Positions 12,203 to 24,193 of a stretch of 64,000 nt of DNA are shown here, piece by piece. The DNA is from Elsinoe ampelina (Eukaryota). The translations under genes were made by a program, and so were the position numbers. Below the pieces are notes generated by a model that saw nothing but the letters and a program-made list of their open reading frames with translations, did no database searches and was not told where the DNA came from. The stretch is from contig ML992506.1 in the NCBI GenBank assembly GCA_010093995.1, positions 630,551 to 694,550 of the forward strand, in the 5' to 3' direction. Numbering within the stretch: the first letter of the stretch is position 1; each line of letters starts with the position of its first letter.

Positions 12203-13845
12203 TCAAGCCCCAACCTTCCCTCTCTTCCGCCCTCTCTCCTCGCCCAGAACATCAGTGTCCTCAGTATCAGCCACGCTTGCCTCTAACCGATCGACCACAC
12301 TGCTCGAGTTGACGGAACCATTCGTGCCTGCCTTGCCCTTGTGGCCGACATGTCCATTTCCGTCCTCGCCCTCGCTACTAGACTCACGTGGCGAGAGCAG
12401 GTCGGTGTGCTCCGTCTGGCCTTCTTCCGAAGTCATGAGGTTGCGGCGGTTGCGTTGCATCTGGTTCATATTAGTATGCATGTCCGGCAAGAGTGTAGTG
12501 AGAGAGATTGTGGTGGGGAGACATACCCAGCCCCTAACGCTGCCCAACAGACCCATTGCGTAGCCCGCTACAAAGTCACGATCGCCTCGCCCGCCCGTGC
12601 CGACGCTGAATCTGCTCCAAGCTCCAGGGCTTCTTGCGGTCCTCTCATCGGCCGGTGTGACGGGCGAAGTCAGGAAGTCGCTCTTACGCTTCCTACCCCT
12701 GACGCTGCCGGTCTCTGGATCGTTTACACTACCACCCACGGCAGGACTGCCTGGTCTGCTCATACCCGGCATCCAGAATTGACGGAACTCCTTGCCCAGC
12801 TCTTGTCCTGTCGTGGACCAGTTTTGCTTGATACTCTCCCTGATCTCGTGGACGTGACGCTTGATATCGAGCTCGTTCTTCTTCATCCAAGAAATATTGA
12901 GCTCCTTTCGAGACTCGCCTCGCTGCAGTTGTCGAGCGATGTAGCTCTCGTAATCGCGGACGATCTTGGTGATGATGCCTGTGGTGCTGACACCTTCAGT
13001 CCGTTGTGTCACGAGGAACTTGCCCTCGGCTTTGATGGGCATATAGATGTCGTCGCCTTCGGCCGCGCCGTACGGAATGTCGTCGTGGGCGACAAAGTCG
13101 ATACTGTGCTTCTCGAGGAACTCTGGAGTAACGACCCACGGGCAGTCCTCGATGACCTCGTCGACCCACCGGCAGTGGCGGACGGATTCAGCGCGCTCCT
13201 TCGCTGATAGGACAGTGAGACCCTTGCGACGATGGGTTTCGCGGTCGCCGGTGACGCCGACGACGAGATGAGTGTCGGGAAAGGCAGATTTGGCTTGCTG
13301 GAGAGCTCGCATGTGGCTAAGACGGGTCAGTGTCTTGGCTCTTGTGGTCGCCCCAAGCATCTACAATGCCCGTTGAAGCTCAGGACTGCACCGCAGGAAA
13401 GTACTCACCCCAGATGGAACAGATCGAAGACTCCATCAGCATACACTCTCACCGCCCTCCCCTCTGGCGGCTTATTTGTCTTGTACCCAACCGGATCAAC
13501 CAGACCAGCCTTCGGTGGAGGGTCCATTCTCATTGTGCCAGCTTCACCATTCTCACCCTTGCCTGTACCTTGCGATTGCTCTTGCTCTTGCTCATCCTCC
13601 ATGTCCTCATCATCACCATCATCGCTCCCTGGTGCACTAGTCACAATCTTCGGCGTCTGAGTACTCGCCTTGGATCCAGCCCTCGTCCGACGTGAAGGAG
13701 TGCCATCTTGCTCTTTCTTATCTAATACGGAGGAGAGGATGGGATCGGCCGTGTCTTCGCCCGACGCATCTCTCGACGAAGGCTGAGGAATGTGATCGTT
13801 CTCACCGTCGGCGTTGTTGGCGGCTCGCTTTCGCTTCGGAGGCAT
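12203..13845 (-). CDS. PCT1: Choline-phosphate cytidylyltransferase (CCT)
   Basis: RVYADGVFDLFHLG|HMR (HxGH motif across intron 13408-13317), HCRWVDEVI, VAHDDIPY, TQRTEGVSTTGIITKIVRDY. Second intron 12526-12461. Confidence 0.95.
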
Positions 13846-14672
13846 TTTGTATGTGGACAGGTGTGAATCTGGAGTGTGATTGATAGCTGGTTGTGGAGAC
13901 TGTGACGCGTTGGGGGATCAGGAGGCTCGGAGGAGACGAGTAACCAAGTCAATGGCTTTTGTGGGAGTCGGAGACCGAAGGTGGAGATCAATTGTCAAGG
14001 TGATGCGTCTCAGGAAGAAAAGTTGCAGCTTCCAATGCCTGCTTTATTCCAGGGCAAAGGGAAATTATCTCTCGTCTTGGTCGAGCGTGGCCTGAGTCGT
14101 GCAGCTTCGCGAGGCGTGGTTGGACAGCTGCAATCTGCCGTCATTGGGAAGCTTGGCGTCACGTGTCGGGTGAGGTGTGGCTCTATCCTTGATTTTTGGG
14201 CGACACGGGAAGTCCATCTTGTCCTGATCAAGGTATTGCGGCTGGTGACACTTGATGACATGATCCTGCCCTCACTGAAAAGGTATCACCGAATCACAAG
14301 CATAGGTAGAGCCCAACATGTCAAGACTGATCAGATACACATTACCACATTATCTCTACCACTAACACCGGAGAAGAATGCACCGTGTATCTCTGCCACG
14401 GAGAAATCCTCCATCTATTCCATACACCTGTGTCGCTCGGGCTCATTAAGAGCGACACCAACCGATCCCCCATGCACTAGTAACCAGACAATCGGGTAAA
14501 AACAAATGTGGTATCACCCTCCCGTATCAGATCAAGTACAGTCGCTCCGTCCATGCAAAGTGCCATAATGTGTTCGACGTGAGTCGGTCGGCCTTCGATA
14601 TCCCAAGAACGCCAGGCTATGCATCGCTAATTACAAGAACAAAAGAAAATCGTTAGTCGATACAAGTCGACA

Positions 14673-16763
14673 TTACAGTTGTTCGCGAGAAGCCTCGTCT
14701 GAGCTCTCTTCCTCCTTGGTAAGAGGGCTAGCGGGTCTCATGTTGTCGCCGGCAATGCCAGCGCTGCTGACCTCGCTGACTTCGCTTCCAGCTTCGCTCT
14801 CCGTGTCGGATCCGCTGGCACTGCTGCCCTCGGAGTCGTAGGCTGACATCGGGCTAAGGATCTCTCCCTCTTCGGCTTCGGCGTCGTAGATGATGGGGCT
14901 CCAGATGTGCCAGTGGAGTACGGCAACATGGGCGATACGCTTGAGGATGGCCTCGATACCCTTGCTCTGCTGGACGCTGGCAGGAGTGGCAGGCGGTGCT
15001 GAACGATCGAAGAGTGCTGACGGCGAAGCGGTGCTGTTGGCGAACATAGCGTCATGCAGGCTGAGGGGAGTAAGTGGCAGGTGTTCGCGGACGAGCTTCT
15101 CCAGGGTCGGCAGCTGCTTGGAGAGGAGCTGACGGATGCGGCAGTGGAAAGCATTCGACCCCGGGGCCAAGTCGTTTCGGAGGTTGCGCTCGGCAAAGTC
15201 GATCTTGACACCGTCGAAGCTGCGAGGCCCGGCGGTCAAGGATCCAGCGATGCGAACCAGCTCCACGGCAATGTTAGCAGCGCAGTCGACTGGGCGCTTG
15301 TGGTCAGGGACGATCGATGGGAGGGATGCCTTGAGTGTAGCATGAGCTTGGCTGCGAGCCTCTGCAGGAATGCTGGAAGGAAGGAGTCGGTCGAGGATGT
15401 CGGCAACGAGTGATGAATGGACGAGAGAGTGGAGATCCGCACGGAAAGAGCGCAGACGATCCGAATCGAGAGAGAAGTTCTCCGGTAGTGATGACAACGA
15501 CGACGAGGAGAGCAGCGACTTGAAGAGAGCAGAGACGAAGACGGAGAGCTTGTCGGGTGATGAAGCGCTCGACAGGTGGAGGCGGTGTTCGCGGTAAAAC
15601 CACTTCCTTGCCTTGTGCACGTCAATGCGGCCATAGTGGATCCTAGTCAAATGGTACTTGGTCTGGAAGTTGACACCGTCCTCGATCAGCATGGCTCGCA
15701 GGTGACGGATCTGGTGGTTGGCGACGTCCAACTTCATGGCTTCGAGTATGCCAAGCAGTTGTCGAAGGCCGAAAGCGAGGTACCTTTCCTCGGTGCATTC
15801 AATGCTCTTCTGCACCTGGCCGACCATCTGGTCAATCCACTCATCACGCATAGGAGCGCAGTGAGCCTTGAGCAGGGTCGCAAGCCAGTTGGCGAGGCTC
15901 ATCATGTCAAAGACCCCTTTGGAGATCTCCTGCATGATCATAGCGACGTCGATACGTTCGGCAACAACAGCTTGGTCACGCTCCGGCACGAGCGTCTTGA
16001 GGATGTCGCGAATCGTCTCGAACATGACAGGCATTCTCCTCTGTGTTGAGCGCATCATGCGCGACCAGTGTTCCGTCTCCTGGACCGTTGAACATTGCAT
16101 GAGCTTGGTACCCACAACCCGGTAAAGCACGAGCTCGGCGATCAAAGCCCTCCAGTAGTCGTCAGCGGCGCGGAGCTTTTGTCGACCCCTTGAACCGTCC
16201 AGATTTGGGCGGAAATGAAGCTCCTTGTCCAAGTTGACATCGTGACGGAGCTTTGGGTTGTTGATGATGCGGCTGATGTCGAGTTCGCTGAGCGATTCGT
16301 GGGTGATGGGAGGATGACGAGCAGCCTTTGCGAAAGCCGTGACGTAGTCGCCATCTTCTGATCCGGTCTCGACTTCAAGAAGCTGGTGGAGCTTGAATTC
16401 AATCTCCATATCCGACAAGACTCCATTTCGAGAGAACGTACTGATGGGTGCAGACGACGGTGTTATGTCGATGCTTCGCGGTCTGCCATTTGACTTGTTG
16501 AGTATTTGCGTCGAAACATGCTTTTTGGGAGTTTGTTGGTCAGCATGGAGGTATGCTTTCTTTGGAGATCCTGTGCTGCATAACGTCGAGGCGTCTGCTG
16601 ATGTGAAGCTTGCGGAAGCAGCAATATGACTTGGGTTCTCTGCTTTCTGTGTCTTGGTCCGGCATGACGGCGATTGTGTCGAAGTGGTGTTTGGTAGAAC
16701 GACTGGTTGCTTGTGGCTCACAGATCCTCTCCTGCCATCATTGGCTCCATCCGAAGTGTCCAT
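14673..16763 (-). CDS. SOK1: T-complex 11 domain protein (Sok1-like)
   Basis: 696-aa ORF with PPIT..SLSELD...IINNPKLRHDVN.D.ELHFRPN.DG.RG, LLKAHCAPMRD and ILEAMKLDVANHQIR, typical of fungal Sok1/Tcp11. Confidence 0.9.
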   Translation of the reverse strand: MDTSDGANDGRRGSVSHKQPVVLPNTTSTQSPSCRTKTQKAENPSHIAASASFTSADASTLCSTGSPKKAYLHADQQTPKKHVSTQILNKSNGRPRSIDITPSSAPISTFSRNGVLSDMEIEFKLHQLLEVETGSEDGDYVTAFAKAARHPPITHESLSELDISRIINNPKLRHDVNLDKELHFRPNLDGSRGRQKLRAADDYWRALIAELVLYRVVGTKLMQCSTVQETEHWSRMMRSTQRRMPVMFETIRDILKTLVPERDQAVVAERIDVAMIMQEISKGVFDMMSLANWLATLLKAHCAPMRDEWIDQMVGQVQKSIECTEERYLAFGLRQLLGILEAMKLDVANHQIRHLRAMLIEDGVNFQTKYHLTRIHYGRIDVHKARKWFYREHRLHLSSASSPDKLSVFVSALFKSLLSSSSLSSLPENFSLDSDRLRSFRADLHSLVHSSLVADILDRLLPSSIPAEARSQAHATLKASLPSIVPDHKRPVDCAANIAVELVRIAGSLTAGPRSFDGVKIDFAERNLRNDLAPGSNAFHCRIRQLLSKQLPTLEKLVREHLPLTPLSLHDAMFANSTASPSALFDRSAPPATPASVQQSKGIEAILKRIAHVAVLHWHIWSPIIYDAEAEEGEILSPMSAYDSEGSSASGSDTESEAGSEVSEVSSAGIAGDNMRPASPLTKEEESSDEASREQL

Positions 16764-19445
16764 TTGATATGTGAATGTAGTGGTGGTCAGAGATGCTCGC
16801 GGGCGAATATGCAGGCGCCCGTAGTACCAGCAGTATTAAAGACGAGTAAGCCTGTGTAACGAAGATCCTTGTGCAACTCTGTATGCGGACTGAGTTGGTG
16901 GTTGTTCGGGTGTTACGTAGCACAAAGCAGTACGGTAGTGATGCTTCGCGGATGTCAGTCGTGTGATCCTCTTTCGATATAGCAATTTCATAGGCCGAGC
17001 GGAGGTGGCACGGAGGGTAGACAAACCTGCTGGAGAAGATCGAACAAAGAAACAAGTATTATCAGTGAATGTAAGTGTGCCAAAAGAGCGGATATGGTCG
17101 GTGGTGGGAGTAGTGGAAGGTGAGGGATTGCGTTCAATAGCGACAGTCCGGATGTGAAGCGACTGGTGACTATCGATGAAACCTCCCAGCGAGGACCTGT
17201 GGCAGTTTTTCTCTCACGAAAAGGGTCAGTCGCAATAATGCATGCGTTTTGTGCCGTTGGTCGGGCGATTGTGCGTTGGCCACAACAAACGCTTGTGCTG
17301 TTTGTTAAAAGTGAGCAGCAAGTCTGGCCGCCGCAACGTTGTTCGGGACCGTTTCGATGATGGAAGCAATAGTCCGGGGGTATAGTTTGAAGCGCAACGA
17401 GGAGGAAATTGTGTGTATATTTGTCGGGCAGAGGCAGGAGGAGGAAGCAAGGATTCGGTTTGTTTGGTGGTCGAAGGTGTTGTGACCTGCGAGGGCGATG
17501 GAATGCAAGTCGCTTAAGAAAAGGTCGTCAGTCGTTGGGTCGAGGAGCAGCCCTTGCTACTTGGTACGGATGGAAAGAGGAAAAAGAGCAAGAAAGCAGA
17601 GACGGAAGGGACAGTGGAGAGATCAAGGGAGCAAGGCAAAGCAGGGAAGGGTCAAGATGCGGTAGGGTCAATGTCATGGGAGGACTGGAAGGACGTCTGG
17701 AGTGGATGTACCAGGCGGATTCCTCCTGAGCATCGACATATCATTACTTTGACTTTGGCAGAGTGGAGCGCAGAATGAGGACAAGGACCACGACGACCCA
17801 GAAAGACAGAAGACAGGCCTTCAGAGGCTCGGACACGCGCCAGACCAAGGGAGAACCAAGGGAGGCTCGAGGGAGATTGCAGGAGAGCAATGACGCTGGC
17901 CACGTTTACCGTCCATCATCTGAGCACCGCGAACCCTACGACTTGCAGCGCGGTGATAGAGGCAGTACCGCGCTACTGTTACTCCCGGCCGTCGCATGTC
18001 TTGACTAACAAGCAGGATGGCCCCTCAGGATGACTTCGCTTATGTGCAGGGTGACACGCTTTTGCGGCTGCCAAAGACAAGCAAAGAAGAGACATCAGAG
18101 ACAAGCACGGCATGACACTTTTGCGGCCAGAATCCTTGATGATCCATCGCGCGGGCGGGATACTAGCCAGTGGAGGCAGATGACGAACGTTGGAAACATG
18201 TTGATCCAGCGTGGATCCAGCGTGGGATCGGACTCAGGATCACATCACTAGGAGGAGTAGCAATGGCATGGCATGGCATAACTAGCAAATGTTGTTGATT
18301 GTGATGCTTCCTGATGCCAGAGCGTCCAGAAAACTTTCCACCACGACGATCATCATCGTGCACCCGGAAATGAATTATCGCGACCTGTTATTGGCCACGT
18401 CCCCTTTACCCCTGCTTGATCGCCGTGTTCACAGTATACATCCCGGTGCCGGTGCCTTGGGGGCCTGTTCACGCGTGCTGGGTCCCAGTCCGTGCATTGT
18501 TCCTCTGTTCCTTCGAGAAGGACGTCTCTCTCCGTCAATGTTGTTTAAAGTGTGCCCCCCCTCCTGCCATTCGACAAGGGCGGTTCCTTTGATGAGCGGG
18601 AAAAACCTCGATACGATCCTATCGTGTAATAAACAGGCTCATCCATGGTCGAGTCCGCATTGCCTTTTTACCCACACAGCCACGATGTGTGCTCGCTTAA
18701 CAGACAGATCTCTTTCCTATCATCGGTATCTCCATCATCTCGCGGCTGTAATTATAATTCTTCCATATCTCCACCATCACGCGGAGTATTCCCCGAACTC
18801 TCACAAGCCTCCGCCCGCCATTCCCAGCGATGGCTTCTGCCCAAATTTCCGAACCAGCCTGAAACCACAGCACTATACTATCCATGCACCTTTTCAGAGA
18901 CAGACAGACACGAGCCGCCGGCTGTCGCACCTCCCGTCGCAAACTGACGACATATTAAACAAGAAGGATCGCTCTCGTGTGACACCTCTTGCAAGTCTTT
19001 TTCTCTTGTCGCTGCAGGCTGTCCATAGCGCATGGTGCACCGAGGGTTTCGACCCGCATTTCGCTTCCATGTCTGTGGAATTCCAAGACGACGGCGTGGG
19101 GGAAAAGGTCTTTCGCAGCTTGACTGCCGGCTGCTTGCTTGCTTCTTTTTTCCTTCTTGATGCCCTGACTTGTGCAGATCCACACGTGGTTTCAGCCGCC
19201 ATGAGCCCTCGAATGTAGGTCTTCATTTCTTCAGGGTCTTGTATGCGTCTCGTCATGTCTTCCTCATATAGATTGAGTTTCCGCTGAAGTCCAGAGGCGA
19301 TGTGGCCTCGTGCTTCAGACGTAATACTGGCACGCTCCAGGCTTCTAGGTATATCTCAACGTTCTATCCTTCACACGTCTGTGTTTGCCGGCGAAGCATG
19401 CTGGCGCTTCAGCGTATGTACTATACAAGTCTACATCGACAATAT

Positions 19446-20801
19446 CTATTCATCCAACGACCACACCTTGACTTCGCCATCATCGCCTGTACTTACAACT
19501 ACCTCTTCATCCTCGAATCGCTTCCCCTTGTCCGCCCTCAGCGCCCAAGTGACATGATTCACTTCAAACACATCATGAGCATTCTCCAACTCAGCAACCA
19601 CAGTCCACTCTGTCAGACTCGCAGCCTGCTCTTCCACCGCGTCTCCATTGGCTCCATCAGCGTCCTGCATCGTAGTGTCTGCTTCCCCTTGCCCCTCCCT
19701 CCACCGCTCCTCATACACCACTATCCGTCCATCACTCCCACAAGTCACGATCCTCCCCGTCCCCTGACTCCAATGCACTGCATACACCGCCCTCTCATGC
19801 ACATCCGGCAATCTCGCCTCCTCCACCCAGTCCTCCGCAATACTATGCGTCTTGATAATACTCGGCATCTTCGTCCTGCCCGTAGAGCTCCCTTGATTCT
19901 CCTTCGGCACCCTCCTCCAGATTTTCACCGACCGATCATCACAACACGTCACCAGCCTCGACCCCGCCCTCTTCCTCTCCTCCACCAAGTCCCCCTTCCT
20001 CCCGTCCGCCGGCCCTCCCTTCCCCACCCTCCCCGCCACCTCCCTCGGCTCGAACTGCACCCCCCACACCGTCCCCTCGAACCCCTCCAACACCGCCGCA
20101 CACCCCCAATCCTCTCCCTCCCCTTCCTCTCTCCACAACCGCACAGAATCATCATAACTCCCGCTCGCAACGAGGATTTCCTCAGGATGCCACGCCACGC
20201 ACTTGACATCCCCCTCATGCTCCTGCAACACCGCCACCGTCTCGAAATTATCATCCTCCAGCTCCTCCCATATCCAAACGCTCTTATCCCTCGAGCAAGT
20301 CGCCAAGTAAGGTCCAACAGGGGAATAAGCCACGCTCTTGATCTCACTATCATGCCCGTCCAAAATGACAGCAAAATTCCACTCGTCGTCGTCGTCGCCG
20401 TCCCCTCGTTGACCCTCCTCCTCCTCCTCCTCAATCCTCGCGTGCTCCCCCCCCTCATACCTCCTCCACACCCCGGCGCTCGCATCAAAACTCCCCGTCA
20501 CCAACACCGACTCCCCCACGCCCTTGACCTCCTCCCCATACCGTCTCACTTTCCTCGCGGGCCCGGACCCCGGCTTCCACGCCACGGAGCGGATGGAGCG
20601 TTTGTGCCCGCCTGACACGGTGGAGAGGACGCGGAAGGACGAGAGGGACGAGATGCGGACGGTTTTGTCGGCTGAGGCGGTGGCGAGGAGGGGGAGGGTG
20701 GGGTGTGGGGTTGTGGACCAGAGGCGGGTTTGGGAGGGGGGGGAGATGGCGGAGAGGGGGGTGAGGGTGAGGCGGCGTGGGGTGGGTGGGGAGGTGGTCA
20801 T
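19446..20801 (-). CDS. CIA1: Cytosolic iron-sulfur assembly WD40 protein Cia1
   Basis: GGHKRSIRSVAW, LDGHDSEIKSVAYS, LATCSRDKSVWIWEE, AVLQEHEGDVKCVAWHP, AHDVFEVNHV, STGDDGEVKVW. Single exon. Confidence 0.95.
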   Translation of the reverse strand: MTTSPPTPRRLTLTPLSAISPPSQTRLWSTTPHPTLPLLATASADKTVRISSLSSFRVLSTVSGGHKRSIRSVAWKPGSGPARKVRRYGEEVKGVGESVLVTGSFDASAGVWRRYEGGEHARIEEEEEEGQRGDGDDDDEWNFAVILDGHDSEIKSVAYSPVGPYLATCSRDKSVWIWEELEDDNFETVAVLQEHEGDVKCVAWHPEEILVASGSYDDSVRLWREEGEGEDWGCAAVLEGFEGTVWGVQFEPREVAGRVGKGGPADGRKGDLVEERKRAGSRLVTCCDDRSVKIWRRVPKENQGSSTGRTKMPSIIKTHSIAEDWVEEARLPDVHERAVYAVHWSQGTGRIVTCGSDGRIVVYEERWREGQGEADTTMQDADGANGDAVEEQAASLTEWTVVAELENAHDVFEVNHVTWALRADKGKRFEDEEVVVSTGDDGEVKVWSLDE

Positions 20802-21193
20802 AGTGGGAGATGGGCGGTGGGGATCGGTGGAAAGGGTGGTGAGCTAGGGGTCGGGTGTTGGTCGTTGGTTGTGGTGGGATGTCTAGGTGAGGGTGGTGCG
20901 CATTGATAGTGAATATGAGACTCGCGCGCCAGGAGGTGTTCGTGTAGCTCTTCTCTGGAGTGGTGGAGCCGGGAGATGATGTGAGGCCTGTACAGTTTGA
21001 GGGGAGAGCTTGTGAGGGGTATGCAGTGCGCAATGGATGGGGTGATGGAGGATAGACTGGAGATGCAAAAATTCGGGACCAACGTCATGCGTGCGGCTCT
21101 GGGCACGGTGGGGCAGATGGCTTCACGTGGATCATCCTGACCCCTTTTATGTGCATATATCAAGTGTCAGATAGCTGCCCTGGCTTCTATTCA

Positions 21194-21499
21194 ATGCGGT
21201 CATTCCTTCTCTCGTCACTCATGATAGCATCTGCTGTCATGGCTGCCGGTGTTCCGACTGGTAATCGCTTTGACACACTCCCTGCTCAAACCGTCTGGAC
21301 ACCTCGGCCGAAGACATTCACCAAGCAAGGAGCCAACAGGCAGGTATGTAATATATATTAATCAATACACTCGCCCAAGGGAGGGCAGAAACACGTTCTT
21401 TACGATCGGCGATATACACGCGAAGCAGGTCACCCCGACCTTGAACCCAGCCTCATTTCCCATCTTTTGAAGTCCACATTGTTCGTACCCGTTGTCTGA
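21194..21499 (+). CDS. Possible small secreted protein (hypothetical)
   Basis: MRSFLLSSLMIASAVMA-AG is signal-peptide-like. A GTATGT donor at 21344 has in-frame AG acceptors at 21379 or 21388, giving a stop at 21499; the unspliced ORF stops at 21361. Confidence 0.35.
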
Positions 21500-21619
21500 A
21501 ATCCCAGCAAATAAAACGACCCATGCAGCATGGAGGGGGTATGTGGCAAGAAACCGACTCCATCCTTCGCTCGAAAACGCCTGGCAATATACATCGGATA
21601 CCACGCAACTCGGCTACTT

Positions 21620-24193
21620 CTAGTAGACCGAGTGCGTCCGCTCCGTCGGTCGCGTTACGCCTCTCAACTTGGCTTGCTCATATAGAGCGTCGGCGTAGGT
21701 CCGGCCTTCATCCCTGCTCTCTGGCACCGCGGTGGCGATGACGCGAGGAGCGAGGTTCTTCATCTCAACCGTCGTGCTATCCTTGACGGTCTGGACGACA
21801 ACAGTATCGGTCGTGGCAAGGATGCCACCCCAGAGCTGCTTGTTGTTGACGGCTGGCGGGGCGATAGATGGATCATACTGCGAGTCGCCTTCGACCTCGA
21901 CGAGACCGCGCTCCGAACTGCTGTCCTCCTTGACGATGCTCTCCTCGTCGCCCTTGCTGCCTCGTGACATCTTGCGCATGAAGCCGCGCTTAGATGACTT
22001 GGGCATGGCGGCCTTCTCATCGGCCTCTATCTGCGATGCCTTGGTAAGGATCGGGCCGAATTCAGTATGAACCTGGGATCGGAACTTGGTCCGCTCGGAG
22101 CACCCAGGGAAGAATGCGGTGCGGACGCGGAAGAAGTCAAGGGGAACGAAAGTGAGACGCTCAGGTTGGTTGACCATACCCTGGTGGATGTCGAGGAGCT
22201 TGGTCAAACCGAAAACCATGGCGGGACCGGAGACAGAAGATTGACCATACTGGGAGACGACGGGCTTGGAATTGAAAATCAGGTCGTTAAACCATTCCTC
22301 GGAGATTTGATGGGCGAGAGATGACATGGAGTTGATCAAGAGAAGGATGAAGCCGCGAACTTCGGGCTGGACATGCTGCTCACGAGAACGCTTCTGCTTG
22401 AGGTCGTTGACCATTTTGCCAGCAGTCCAGCCGTCGTACTGCTTCAGGAAGTTGATCTGAGCAGCGTTGAGATGCTGAGGGGTGAGCTGCATGTCAGGAA
22501 GCTGAGACTGGTTCGCCTTGGAGACGAGAACATCAAAGTGCTTGCTGAGACGACCGAGAGCGGCGAAGCAGGTGATGTAGGTACCTTGCTTGACGACAGC
22601 AGGAGTGTTGATCTCGGCCGAGTATTCTTGTAGGGACTTGATGTGACTGGCGACGAACTGGATGGGAATCTGCATAGTCCTAGCCATCATGGCCTCGACA
22701 CGAGCAGGAGGTGCGAACCGGTAACCGGCAGCGACGAAGCGATCAGCGTCATCCTTGGTCAGAACCTTTGTGAAGAACAGAACTTGACCCTTTTCGAGGA
22801 CAGAGGACGAAGCAATGCTATTGACGTCAGACCTCGACATCTTCTTGGCCTCGGCAGGGGTTGGCATGACACCCGTGCCGGTGACACGGTCGAAGAGAGA
22901 GCCAAGTTGCTCGAGCTTGATATGCATGCGGTCGGCGAGATCGGCGGACGCTACGCAGAAACCTTCGCGGAATAGCAGGGTCTGATCGTTGTAGCTCTCC
23001 TCGTCGAAGGAGCTACCAGTGGAGGCTGAAGTCTGAGGTCGGCTGTTCTGTCGGCTATAGGGGTCGAGACGCTTGAGATGACTCCTCATTCTTGGAATGA
23101 GGTCGGAGACAGAGTCCCAGTCGTTGGACACTTTCCAGAGCCAGTGGAATACAGGGTGGGCGGTGTTGAACTCATCGTCGAAGCGCTGAAGGTTGAAGCG
23201 CTTTGCGATCTTTTGCGCTGGCAAGACACCCTCGTTGGTGACCAGGACGTTGCCATCCTCGTCGAAGTATGCACAAGCCAGGTTGACCTGTTGAGCTTTG
23301 TCGGCGAGCTGCTTGTGGCGCATGCTGGTGAGAAAGATGATGGCAAGACAGATGAAGGCAGCCAGAGCGCACTGTTTATAAGGTTAGTCGAATCCTTTGT
23401 ATCTCTTTCCTCATCAAACTCACCAGAGCTCCTGCAACAATGACGGCCGTGTTACGGTTGAGGTTCGAGGGAGCAATCGTCTTGAGCTGGTAGGTGCATC
23501 CAACGGATGCGGTGTAGTGCATGCCGCACACAGCGACAGCGAGGATAAGAGCGCAAGCCAGACGCTTCCAGAATACGTTGATCCACTTCTCCTTGAAGTA
23601 GAAGAATAGGTTCAGAGCGATAATGCAGTCACCGATTGCGATAATGCATGACGCGATGATAAAGCGAGGCGGGTATATCAAGGTGTAGTTGTATGTTCCC
23701 AGGTTACCGCAGTAGTGCATACCGACAATGGAAAGACCGGCAAAGACACCAGTCAAAACATCGAGGAATCGGCGGAGGATAACATTCTTGACTCTTAGCT
23801 CGGCAATGTAGAAGGCGACTGTCAGACCGATGACGGGGAGAACGCAGGAAAGGACAGTCCAGCCAGGGCTGTAGGTCATCTGCAGCATATCACTGCCATC
23901 ACCGAGAATGACGGATCGATTGCCGATGAAATGCATACACCAGATGGCGATGAGACCCATGGAAATTGCGCAGAGGAGGAGTTGTAATCTGGCTTGCGGT
24001 TAGTCACTGTCAGTGCCTTCCTGGTCTGTTTGACTGACCTTGACATCCAGTTCTTTCCCAACCGCTTCCTGTGAAGCAGCTCAACTGTGAGAACACTACC
24101 AATCAAACTGGCGAAGAACGAGCCAACCACAATGCCTGGTTCAAAGTGCCATGGTATAATCTCGCCGACAACGTACGGCGATGTGGCGTCCAT
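21620..24193 (-). CDS. MHYT-domain membrane signalling protein with long cytoplasmic C-terminus
   Basis: Hydrophobic N-terminal region with IWCMHFIG, VGMHYCG and CGMHYTA repeats. Introns 24038-23989 and 23423-23372 link it to the 567-aa C-terminal ORF (LACAYFDEDGNVLVTNEGVLP). Confidence 0.9.

Noticed and set aside
12341..13207. 288-aa + ORF
   Set aside because: Antisense shadow of PCT1.
18289..19256. 309-aa + ORF and short - ORFs between SOK1 and CIA1
   Set aside because: No recognisable domain or consistent exon structure; cannot be supported without expression data.
19302..20615. 437-aa + ORF
   Set aside because: Antisense shadow of CIA1.
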